Source: Steroidobacterales bacterium (GTDB lineage: Bacteria; Pseudomonadota; Gammaproteobacteria; Steroidobacterales; Steroidobacteraceae). Taken from it: a stretch of DNA of 64,000 nt. The stretch covers positions 31,278 to 95,277 of the forward strand of contig JBBRQO010000015.1 of assembly GCA_038226325.1 (NCBI GenBank), written 5' to 3'. The notes beneath the pieces are model-generated. The model saw only the letters and a program-made list of their open reading frames with translations, was not told the origin of the DNA and did no database searches. The translations under genes were made by a program, and so were the position numbers. Numbering within the stretch: position 1 is the first letter of the stretch; every line of letters starts with the position of its first letter. Positions 29,778 to 37,751 of this stretch are shown here, piece by piece.

Positions 29778-29804
29778 TAAAGCTTAACCACAACTCGCCG
29801 TCAC
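29778..29804 (+). promoter_or_regulatory. weak sigma-28-like promoter candidate for the second HDOD gene
   Basis: CTAAAGCTT-AACCACAACTC-GCCGTCAC, i.e. TAAA-N15-GCCGTCAC. Only 5 of 8 in the -10 element, but correct spacing and a good -35. About 100 nt upstream of the ATG at 29905. Confidence 0.25.
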
Positions 29805-29904
29805 CTCTAGATAACCTATGAAGCGCTAACCTCGATTTGGCCTCAACACATTACAAGCATGCCTGTTTGAGAGTCGCCACAATTGTCTTCGGAGAGACCT
29901 GAGT

Positions 29905-30825
29905 ATGGCAAACGCCTTTACGGCCCCTACCTACGGCAAGGCGCCTGCTGCCTGCGCCGATAGCGTGGCAACGGCCGCGGCGCGGGGTGCGGCGCTTGAG
30001 TTCTTACGCCGGCTAGCAGCGGAGCTATCCGCGGGCACGGTCGATTTGCCGTGTTTTCCGAAAGTAGTGATTCAAATTCGCAAGGCTTTGGCCGACCCCG
30101 CCACCACTCCGGAACAAACCGTCACCATGGTCGGCGCGGAACCGCGCTTAGCCGCCCGCCTGCTTCAAACCGCCAATTCCACTGCGTTCAATCTGTCAGG
30201 TAAGCCGCTGGCGGATCTGCGTTCTGCAATCACGCGATTGGGCTATCGGATGGTGCAGAGCGCAGCCATGGCTTTTGCCATCCAACAAATGAAGGACGAA
30301 CATTCGCTACGCAGTATCGCGACGCCCATGAACGCCTTGTGGCAGGAATGCATCGCCGTTGCCTCAATCAGCCAGGTCGTCGCCCGACGAACCAAGGTAA
30401 ATCCAGACGAGGCCTTCTTGAGCGGTCTATTGCACGGCATCGGACGCCTGTACATCATGGTCCGAGCGGTGCTCCAATCACCCCCCATAGGCAGCGAGGA
30501 ATCTTTTCGGGATTTGGTTTCCGGTTGGCATGCGTCGATCGGCAAGGCGGTTCTGGAAAACTGGAGCTTTGCGCCGGAGATATGTGAGGCAGTGGCGGAG
30601 CAAGGCAATCACGACCGGCAACACAAAGGGGACGCGGATCTATCGGATGTCTTAATTGCGAGTAAGTTGCTGGCAGAAGCATTGAACACCGCCTCGCCGC
30701 AAATCGTCGACTATGACGCCGTCAGCTCGCTCCAACGCATCGGACTCAATGCGGACAACTGCACCCCGATCCTAAAAATCGCCCGGCATCAAATAGCCTC
30801 ACTCCACAACGCACTAGGCTGTTGA
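29905..30825 (+). CDS. HDOD-domain protein
   Basis: 306 aa. LPCFPKVVIQIRKALADPATTPEQTVTMVGAEPRLAARLLQTANSTAFN...AITRLG, GLLHGIGRLYIM, ..WHASIGKAVLENWSFAPEICEAVAEQ are HDOD blocks. Confidence 0.85.
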   Translation: MANAFTAPTYGKAPAACADSVATAAARGAALEFLRRLAAELSAGTVDLPCFPKVVIQIRKALADPATTPEQTVTMVGAEPRLAARLLQTANSTAFNLSGKPLADLRSAITRLGYRMVQSAAMAFAIQQMKDEHSLRSIATPMNALWQECIAVASISQVVARRTKVNPDEAFLSGLLHGIGRLYIMVRAVLQSPPIGSEESFRDLVSGWHASIGKAVLENWSFAPEICEAVAEQGNHDRQHKGDADLSDVLIASKLLAEALNTASPQIVDYDAVSSLQRIGLNADNCTPILKIARHQIASLHNALGC

Positions 30826-31065
30826 AATCAAACCAGTTGCGGCGGATCCGACGAAAGGTTCTGGCCTAATAGCGGACTGGCCCCCAAGGATTCATGATGC
30901 CCACGAGGCGAATCTGCATTACGCGCAAGAACCAAAACCATTTAAGGGTTTGCTACAACGGCCTTACCGCCCTTTGCCGCCACATTCAACGTTGCTAAAC
31001 ATATGGGAATAGTAATAGATGCTCGAAACAAACGAGGCCGCCGGCATAACTTCGTCACGAGAATG

Positions 31066-32913
31066 CTAGCGTGCATGTCTAATCGCCTCGATGAAACGCT
31101 CTCCGTAACGGGAGAGCTTGGCCTCGCCGATGCCGCGGATGCGCGAAAACTCGTGCAGCGTCGCGGGGCGTTGTTGGGCCATCTCGCGCAGAGTCGCATC
31201 GTGGAAAATCACGTACGGTGGAAGCCCATGCTCGTCGGCCAACTGTTTGCGCAGCGTACGCAACAATTCAAATAGTGTCCTGTCCCCGCCGCCGAGTGGC
31301 GCGCCCGTCGACGAGGCGCTTGCCTGCCGTGTCGATGGAGAGGACTGCGCCGCGCGAGCTATCTGCACGGTTTGTTCTTCCTTGAGCACCCGCCAGCTTT
31401 CTGCGTTGAGTACCAGCACCGGGTATCCGTCTTGCGTTTCCGCAAGCAGGCCCTGGTGCAGTAGTGCACGGATGAGATTGCGCCACTCCTGTGTGGAATG
31501 GTTCTTACCGATGCCGTAGACGCTTAACCCGTCATGATTGAGCGAAAGTACACGCGCGGAGCGACTGCCGCGCAGTATATCGATCATGTGTGCTGCGCCG
31601 AACCGTTCGTGCCGCTGCGCCAGCCGTGCCACGCATGACAGCAGCTGTTTGGCTTCGACAGTACGGTCCTCCAACGTTCGTGGCTGGCAGCAGTTGTCGC
31701 ATGTGCCGCAGGGTGGCGCATAGTCTTCGTCAAAGTAACGCAGCTGGATGGCGCGACGGCACTCGGTTGACTCGGCGTAGCTCAAGATCTTTCGCAGCTG
31801 CTGGCGGGCGACACGTTGCTCGGCTTCAAGCGGCTCGCCGCTGTCCGGGTCGACTTTCTGCTGGATGAGAAATTCCGCAGTGCGGATGTCGGCCGGCCCA
31901 TAAAACAACGTGCAGCGCGCCGGATCTCCATCGCGGCCGGCCCGGCCCGCTTCCTGGTAATAACCCTCAATCGACCGCGGCAGATCGTAGTGCACCACCC
32001 ACCGTACGTCGGGTTTGTTGATGCCCATGCCGAATGCGACGGTGGCAACGATGACCTGCACATCGTCGCGGATAAAAGCGTCCTGATTCGCACGGCGTGC
32101 CTCAGCATCCAAACCGGCGTGATACGGCCGCGCGGTAACCCCGTCGGACGTTAGCCGTTCGCAGATTTCCTCAACGCGCTTGCGCGACAGGCAATAAACA
32201 ATGCCGGCACCGCCGGTTCTAACAAGCCGCAACAGCTCTGCATAGGTGGCAGCGTCTTTCAGACGCACATCGTAGAAAAGATTGGGCCGGTTAAAGCTCG
32301 AGAGGTGCACTGCCTCGTCGCGTAACGCCAGCTGCGCGATGATGTCCGAACGTACCCGAGAGGTAGCTGTGGCGGTAAAAGCCAGTATAGGAACGCGCGG
32401 ATGGCGTCGACGCAGCGTCGCCAGCTGGCGATACTCGGGCCTAAAGTCATGTCCCCATTCTGATACGCAATGCGCCTCATCGATGACGAAGGCGTTGATC
32501 CCGGGCTTTGCCGCGAGCCGCTCCAGCGGGCCGGAGAGAAAATCGGTCATGAGCAGTCGTTCTGGCGCCAAATACACCAGCTTGAACGCTCCATGGAGCA
32601 TGGCCGCAATCCGCTGCTGAATCGCTTCGCGGGGCAACGAGGAGTTGATGAAGGTTGCTGCAATACCATTGTCTTCGAGTAGCCGCACCTGGTCCTGCAT
32701 GAGCGCGATCAACGGTGACACCACCAAGCTGACCCCCGGCTGCAGCAGCGCGGGCAGCTGAAAACACAGAGATTTTCCGCCGCCGGTGGGCATCAGGGCA
32801 ATGACGTCCCGTCCGGCGAGGGCATCCCTGACGACGGCCTCCTGGCCGGGCCGGAAAGCAGTAAATCCGAAGATGCGATGCAGTGAATTGGCTAAATCAA
32901 CCATGCTCGGCAT
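31066..32913 (-). CDS. recQ: ATP-dependent DNA helicase RecQ
   Basis: Start taken at MPSMVDLANSLHRIFGF (ORF track extends to 33003). Motifs PTGGGKSLCFQLPAL, DEAHCVSEWGHDFRPEY, Zn-binding C..CGTCDNCC, and a C-terminal HRDC block (LFELLRTLRKQLADEHGLPPYVIFHDATLREMA). Confidence 0.9.
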   Translation of the reverse strand: MPSMVDLANSLHRIFGFTAFRPGQEAVVRDALAGRDVIALMPTGGGKSLCFQLPALLQPGVSLVVSPLIALMQDQVRLLEDNGIAATFINSSLPREAIQQRIAAMLHGAFKLVYLAPERLLMTDFLSGPLERLAAKPGINAFVIDEAHCVSEWGHDFRPEYRQLATLRRRHPRVPILAFTATATSRVRSDIIAQLALRDEAVHLSSFNRPNLFYDVRLKDAATYAELLRLVRTGGAGIVYCLSRKRVEEICERLTSDGVTARPYHAGLDAEARRANQDAFIRDDVQVIVATVAFGMGINKPDVRWVVHYDLPRSIEGYYQEAGRAGRDGDPARCTLFYGPADIRTAEFLIQQKVDPDSGEPLEAEQRVARQQLRKILSYAESTECRRAIQLRYFDEDYAPPCGTCDNCCQPRTLEDRTVEAKQLLSCVARLAQRHERFGAAHMIDILRGSRSARVLSLNHDGLSVYGIGKNHSTQEWRNLIRALLHQGLLAETQDGYPVLVLNAESWRVLKEEQTVQIARAAQSSPSTRQASASSTGAPLGGGDRTLFELLRTLRKQLADEHGLPPYVIFHDATLREMAQQRPATLHEFSRIRGIGEAKLSRYGERFIEAIRHAR

Positions 32914-33047
32914 TGTACGCACCCCGCTGCCGCTCCGCTGAGTCAGCGGCGACGCCGAGCCCAGGGGCTTGTATTGTATTTGCGGCCATCGATGCGGCAC
33001 CATGGGCGATAAGCGTGTTCCGCAAATAAAGTATTTGGGGGGAAGGT

Positions 33048-34577
33048 ATGTTGAAGTCGATTCACATCATCTGCAGCGTATTGATGGTGCTGGGATGTAT
33101 GAACGCGCATGCGGAAAATGTGCTGCTTCGCCATGCCACCCTCTACGACGGCAGCGGTAACGCCCCAGTAACCGCCGACGTGCGCGTCGTCGGCGAGCGC
33201 ATCGCAGCGGTCGGCACAGCCCTTAAGCCTTTGCCGGGCGAGACAGTGCGCGACCTGCGTGGGTTGGCTCTTGCGCCGGGCTTCATCGACATGCACAGCC
33301 ATGCCGACCGCGGGTTGCTGGAGGATCTGGACGCGGGCACTCAGACGCGCCAAGGGATCACGACCATGGTGGTCGGGCAAGATGGGGAGTCGAACTTCCC
33401 ATTGGCAAGCTGGCTCGCAAAACTAGACGCGACGCCGGCGGCGCTCAACGTGACTAGCATGGTCGGTCAAGCCACCTTGCGAGCACAGGTGATGGGCAAG
33501 GATCTGTACCGTCCGTCAACCGCTGCTGAGCTCGCCAAGATGAAGAGCTTGCTTGGCCAGGAACTGGCGGCCGGGGGCTTTGGTCTATCGACCGGCCTGG
33601 AGTACGAGCAAGCGCACTTTTCCACCACCGAGGAAGTTATCGAGCTGTCGAAAGTGGCGGCAGCGGCGGGCGGCTTCTACATCAGCCATGTGCGCGATGA
33701 AACCGATCGTGTGTTTGACTCCTTCGATGAGGTCCTCACCATAGGACGTGAAGCCAGGCTGCCGGTCGAGATCACCCACATCAAGCTGGGATCGACCGGC
33801 GTTTGGAATTTGGCGGCAAAGCGTGTGCCGCATTACTTCGAGGTGGCTGCGCGCGATCACATCACGCTGTGGGCGGATGTCTATCCCTATAATTACTGGC
33901 ACTCGACAATTCGAGTGATCGTGCCCGACCGGGACTTCTTCAACGCACAGAAGGTCGAGCGCGCGCTCGCCGACAATGGCGGCGCCGGCGCGATCCGCTT
34001 GGCTCACTATGCCCCGGAACCGACCCTGAATGGTAAGACCCTGGAGCAGATCGCGCAGTTTTGGAATCTCAGTCCGGTCCAGGCCTACATGCGCATCGTC
34101 AAGGCCACCGAGGCCGAAGTTGATTCCGGCAAGCAGCTCGAGGACATCATCGCCACATCCATGACCGAGGCCGACGTGAAGTGGTTCATCGCGCGGCCCG
34201 AGATCGCTTTCTGCACGGACGGTGAATTGCACGGAGCTCACCCGCGGGGCGCCGGCGCCTTTCCGCGCGTATTGGGACACTATGTCAGGGAGGAGCACGT
34301 CGCGCCGTTGAGCGCTGTAATCCATCGCATGACTCAGGTGCCGGCGCTGCGCCTGAAATTGGCCGATCGAGGTAGTGTCGCTCCGAATTACGTGGCGGAT
34401 CTAGTGATTTTCGATCCGGCAACGGTCATCGACCGCGCGACCGTCGAATCCCCCGAGGCGGCGCCGCTAGGGATTCCCGCGGTCATGGTGTCCGGGAGCT
34501 TTGTGATCGATAACGGCAAACCTACTGGCCATCATCCCGGCAAGGCATTGCGTGCGTCAGTGCGCAGCCCACGGTGA
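33048..34577 (+). CDS. N-acyl-D-amino-acid deacylase (D-aminoacylase) family amidohydrolase, secreted
   Basis: 509 aa, signal peptide, amidohydrolase metal motif GFIDMHSHAD, family-typical length and ..ISHVRDE.., ..HIKLG.. blocks. Confidence 0.8.
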   Translation: MLKSIHIICSVLMVLGCMNAHAENVLLRHATLYDGSGNAPVTADVRVVGERIAAVGTALKPLPGETVRDLRGLALAPGFIDMHSHADRGLLEDLDAGTQTRQGITTMVVGQDGESNFPLASWLAKLDATPAALNVTSMVGQATLRAQVMGKDLYRPSTAAELAKMKSLLGQELAAGGFGLSTGLEYEQAHFSTTEEVIELSKVAAAAGGFYISHVRDETDRVFDSFDEVLTIGREARLPVEITHIKLGSTGVWNLAAKRVPHYFEVAARDHITLWADVYPYNYWHSTIRVIVPDRDFFNAQKVERALADNGGAGAIRLAHYAPEPTLNGKTLEQIAQFWNLSPVQAYMRIVKATEAEVDSGKQLEDIIATSMTEADVKWFIARPEIAFCTDGELHGAHPRGAGAFPRVLGHYVREEHVAPLSAVIHRMTQVPALRLKLADRGSVAPNYVADLVIFDPATVIDRATVESPEAAPLGIPAVMVSGSFVIDNGKPTGHHPGKALRASVRSPR

Positions 34578-35144
34578 ACCGGCGTCAATTTCGCGCCACT
34601 CGCCCGGCGCTAGGCCGTCGACCGTGACCAGTCCTATGCGTGCTCGCACCAAGCGCAAGGTCGGAAAGCCCGCATGTGCCGTCATGCGCCGCACCTGGCG
34701 GTTCTTGCCTTCGCGCAGCGTCAACTCGATCCAGGCCGTCGGAATCTTCGCTCGATAGCGAATCGGTGGATCTCGTGGCCAAAGGTTTTCGGGGGACTCG
34801 ATGATGCGCGCGCCGGCGGGCTTAGTGGTGACGTCACTCAGTCTCATGCCAGTGCGCAGGGCGAGTAGCGACCCGGCCGTCGGTTCGCCCTCTACCTGGG
34901 CCCAATAAACCTTGGGCAATTTGTCAGCAGGGTTTGAGATGCGCGCCTGCAATACGCCGTTGTCCGTGAGCAGCAGTAAGCCTTCGCTATCGGCGTCCAG
35001 GCGACCGGCTGGATACACGCTTTTGAAGGGAATGAAATCGGCCAGCGTGCGACGGTCCGGTGCCGGGCTGAACTTGCAGAGGACACCAAAAGGTTTATTG
35101 AAGGCAATCAACACTGGCGTCGTCTTAAGCCAGACATTGCTCAA
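34557..35144 (-). CDS. rluE: pseudouridine synthase, RsuA/RluE family
   Basis: 195 aa lacking an S4 domain. Catalytic-Asp block GRLDADSEGLLLLTDNG, KVYWAQVEG, REGKNRQVRRM. Its start overlaps the upstream radical SAM stop by 20 nt. Confidence 0.8.
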   Translation of the reverse strand: MSNVWLKTTPVLIAFNKPFGVLCKFSPAPDRRTLADFIPFKSVYPAGRLDADSEGLLLLTDNGVLQARISNPADKLPKVYWAQVEGEPTAGSLLALRTGMRLSDVTTKPAGARIIESPENLWPRDPPIRYRAKIPTAWIELTLREGKNRQVRRMTAHAGFPTLRLVRARIGLVTVDGLAPGEWREIDAGSPWAAH

Positions 35145-37098
35145 TCAAGTCCGCCGGCACAGTCGTGGCGGGGACCGCGTAGGAAGATGCGGCGCGGCGA
35201 CGCTGCCGGCCGGCGCCGCGATGGCCGCATTCAGGCGGCTCGAACCAAACGCGCACGTCTTGCTCCAAGCCGACCCCATGCATGTAACTGTAGAGCGCCT
35301 TGCGTAAACCGCCACCCAAAAAGTCATGATCGGTGCCGACCGGATCGTCAAACTGCAGGTCGTTGTGCGCAAACGTGATGTTTGGCGCAGTCCGCAGAGT
35401 GATGCCGTATATTTCGGGGTTGAGGCCGATGGGCGAATGTGCCGTTGCCGCAAAACGATGCCAGTAGGCTGATTGGATGCAACCGGCAGCGAACAGTTGG
35501 CGCACACGATCGAGTGCGTCGATGGTGTCTTGTGTGGTCTCGGTCGGAAATCCATACATCAAGTACGCATGCACCATGATTCCGGCATCGGTGAACGCCC
35601 GCGTGACGCGGGCCACTTGCTCCACCGTCACGCCTTTCTTCATGAGTTCGAGCAAACGATCCGACGCCACTTCAAGCCCACCGCTCACCGCTACACAGCC
35701 GGCATCAGCGAGCAGGCGACAGTGCTCGGGGGTAAAAGCCCTTTCGAAGCGAATATTGCCCCACCACGTGACTTGAAGTTTCTCGGCAATCAGCCGCTTC
35801 GCAAGTGCGCGCATGACCGCCGGCGGTGCCGCCTCATCGACCAGATGGAAGCCCGTCTGGCCGGTCTCTTGGATGAGACTGCGGATGCGCTCCATGATGA
35901 GGTCCGTGCCCGGCCTATCGTAACGGCCGATGTAGTCGAGCGATACGTCGCAGAACGAGCACTTCTTCCAGTAACAGCCATGTGCCAGGGTGATCTTGTT
36001 CCAGCGACCGTCCGACCAGAGACGATGCATGGGGTTCATCATTTCCATCAGCGACACATATTGCTCGAGCGGCAAACCGTCGTAGGTCGGTATGCCGCTA
36101 TCGCGTTGCGCGATGTCGTGCTGCGTCACATCGTTCTCGAGCACGACGGAGTTGCCGTGGCGCACATAGGTACGCACCAGCGATGCCGGGTTGCCGCTTA
36201 AGCGAGTCAGCAGATTCAGCAATGGACGTTCGCCATCGTCAAGTGTTACGTAGTCGAAGTAATCAAACACCCGCGGTTCGCGCAAGCCGCGCAGTTCAGT
36301 GTTGACCCAGCCGCCACCGAGGATCAGTGTTGTCTTAGGTCTGGCCGCGCGAATCGCCTGCGCCATGCGAAATGCGCCGTAGACATTGCCGGGAAACGGC
36401 GTAGTGAGTGCAACGACATCCGGTTGCCGCGATGTGAGAAGTCCCAGCGTAAGTTCGTCCAGGGTGGTGTCGATTAGAGTGGGCTCGCCTGACAGCGCCT
36501 CAAGCAATGGCTCGAAGGAAGCAGCGCTCGCAGCCAGGCGCTCGCCGTAGCGTGCGAACTCAAAGCGCGGGTCGATGCCTTGTCGCCAAACATCCGCGAG
36601 ATCGTCGATATACAAACTCGCCAGGTATCGAGCCTGCTCCGTTGAGCCCAGCGTGCCGAAGGCGGACAAGAGCTGCTCGTCAAGCGCCGCATGTTCCGCC
36701 GTCGGCGGCGGGCGCAGATGTTCAAAGCGCGGCCCCTCGGGAAGAAACGCGCGCCCGACGATGCGAAATGCCAGGCTGGGATCGCGGCCTTGCAGGAATC
36801 GAATCACGGGCTCCACCGTGTCGATGTAACGGTCGGCATGGGCCAGAAATTGCGCGATCGACGGCGGCACCGGAGCGCGCTTGCCGAGCGTGCGGGCGCG
36901 CAGCGCCAGTTCCTCGGACATGCGCGCGAGCAGCGGTGCCGAGAACAGGCGAAGGAACAAACTAAGCGACGCGTCAGCTTGTATCAGCTCGAGCCCCAGC
37001 CGGGTTGCGTGCAGGCGCAGAAATCCCGTCAGATACGCCGTCGCGGGATAGGGCGTATTGAGCTGGATCATCGGCGGGGTGACGAGTAAGACGCGCAT
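35125..37098 (-). CDS. B12-binding-domain radical SAM protein (class B) with non-canonical CX4CX2C cluster motif
   Basis: 657 aa. N-terminal MRVLLVTPPMIQLNTPYPATAYLTGFLR is typical of the cobalamin-binding domain. The DNA was re-read by hand and gives HGCYWKKCSFCD, i.e. C-x4-C-x2-C rather than C-x3-C-x2-C. Confidence 0.8.
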   Translation of the reverse strand: MRVLLVTPPMIQLNTPYPATAYLTGFLRLHATRLGLELIQADASLSLFLRLFSAPLLARMSEELALRARTLGKRAPVPPSIAQFLAHADRYIDTVEPVIRFLQGRDPSLAFRIVGRAFLPEGPRFEHLRPPPTAEHAALDEQLLSAFGTLGSTEQARYLASLYIDDLADVWRQGIDPRFEFARYGERLAASAASFEPLLEALSGEPTLIDTTLDELTLGLLTSRQPDVVALTTPFPGNVYGAFRMAQAIRAARPKTTLILGGGWVNTELRGLREPRVFDYFDYVTLDDGERPLLNLLTRLSGNPASLVRTYVRHGNSVVLENDVTQHDIAQRDSGIPTYDGLPLEQYVSLMEMMNPMHRLWSDGRWNKITLAHGCYWKKCSFCDVSLDYIGRYDRPGTDLIMERIRSLIQETGQTGFHLVDEAAPPAVMRALAKRLIAEKLQVTWWGNIRFERAFTPEHCRLLADAGCVAVSGGLEVASDRLLELMKKGVTVEQVARVTRAFTDAGIMVHAYLMYGFPTETTQDTIDALDRVRQLFAAGCIQSAYWHRFAATAHSPIGLNPEIYGITLRTAPNITFAHNDLQFDDPVGTDHDFLGGGLRKALYSYMHGVGLEQDVRVWFEPPECGHRGAGRQRRRAASSYAVPATTVPADLIEQCLA

Positions 37099-37339
37099 GA
37101 CATCAGCAGCCTAACGCAATTAGAGCTGCGCTGTCATAGCAGAAGTCAGGCAAAAATCAGCGATATCGCCAGGCTGTTCCTGATAATCCGGGATTGAAGT
37201 TCCTCTTCGGAACTTTCTCCGACTGCACCTTTCAGTCAGGTCAGTACGGCGGCTTCGACTGCTGCGGTGGGTTCGTTCGATTCTGCAGTCTGCGGCTCCG
37301 CGTGCAAAATTGCCTAAAAAAGGGGAAAATAGGAAACGA

Positions 37340-37368
37340 TTACCAAAATACCCAATTGTGGTTAAAAT
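37340..37368 (+). promoter_or_regulatory. sigma-70-type promoter candidate for the phd-zeta pair
   Basis: TTACCA-N17-TAAAAT, about 30 nt upstream of the TTG start, which itself has AGGAGA 5 nt upstream. Confidence 0.35.
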
Positions 37369-37397
37369 GACCTAGTTGTTTCGCTCAGGAGATCGTC

Positions 37398-37751
37398 TTG
37401 ACCCCCTCTAAACCCATGCCATTGACCAAACTGCCACGCGCTCCTGCGTCCGATCTGAAGAAACTGGGGTGGCGGGGAATAATGAGTGCCATCCGCAGAG
37501 AGGGGACACTGTTGGTCACCAATCATGATCGGCCGGAGGCGGTCATCATCGCTGTCGAAGAATATGACGCTCTTATGCAACGTGTAGAACAATCGGAAGC
37601 TCAGGCCGAGTCGATACTTGCGCGACTGCGTAACAACTTTGATGAGAGGCTTTCGTCGCTGCAGCACGGATCGGCAGCGACCCGTCTGCAGTCAACCATT
37701 CGCGGCCCAGCTAAGTTGCATGGGAAAGTAAAGGCCGGCTCCGGTTATTGA
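37398..37751 (+). CDS. Phd/YefM-family type II antitoxin
   Basis: 117 aa, TTG start with a strong SD. ..REGTLLVTNHDRPEAVIIAVEEYDALMQ.. is the Phd/YefM core. Its stop overlaps the next start (ATGA). Confidence 0.75.
   Translation: MTPSKPMPLTKLPRAPASDLKKLGWRGIMSAIRREGTLLVTNHDRPEAVIIAVEEYDALMQRVEQSEAQAESILARLRNNFDERLSSLQHGSAATRLQSTIRGPAKLHGKVKAGSGY

Noticed and set aside
29529-29904. Sigma-54 (GG-N10-GC) or sigma-28 promoter for the cheY2/CheZ-like unit
   Set aside because: Strings such as TGGAAATGTGCAACATTG have the wrong GG to GC spacing. No TTATCG-type -10 complement is present, and only a poor sigma-70-like match (TTGAAA-N17-TGAGAT) was seen.
37262-37290. tRNA-like T-arm string (ggtgggttcgttcgattctgc) near the Phd-zeta insert, considered as a tRNA or att-site remnant
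   Set aside because: No matching T-stem complement, acceptor stem or anticodon arm could be built around it. I found no complete tRNA anywhere in the window by eye.
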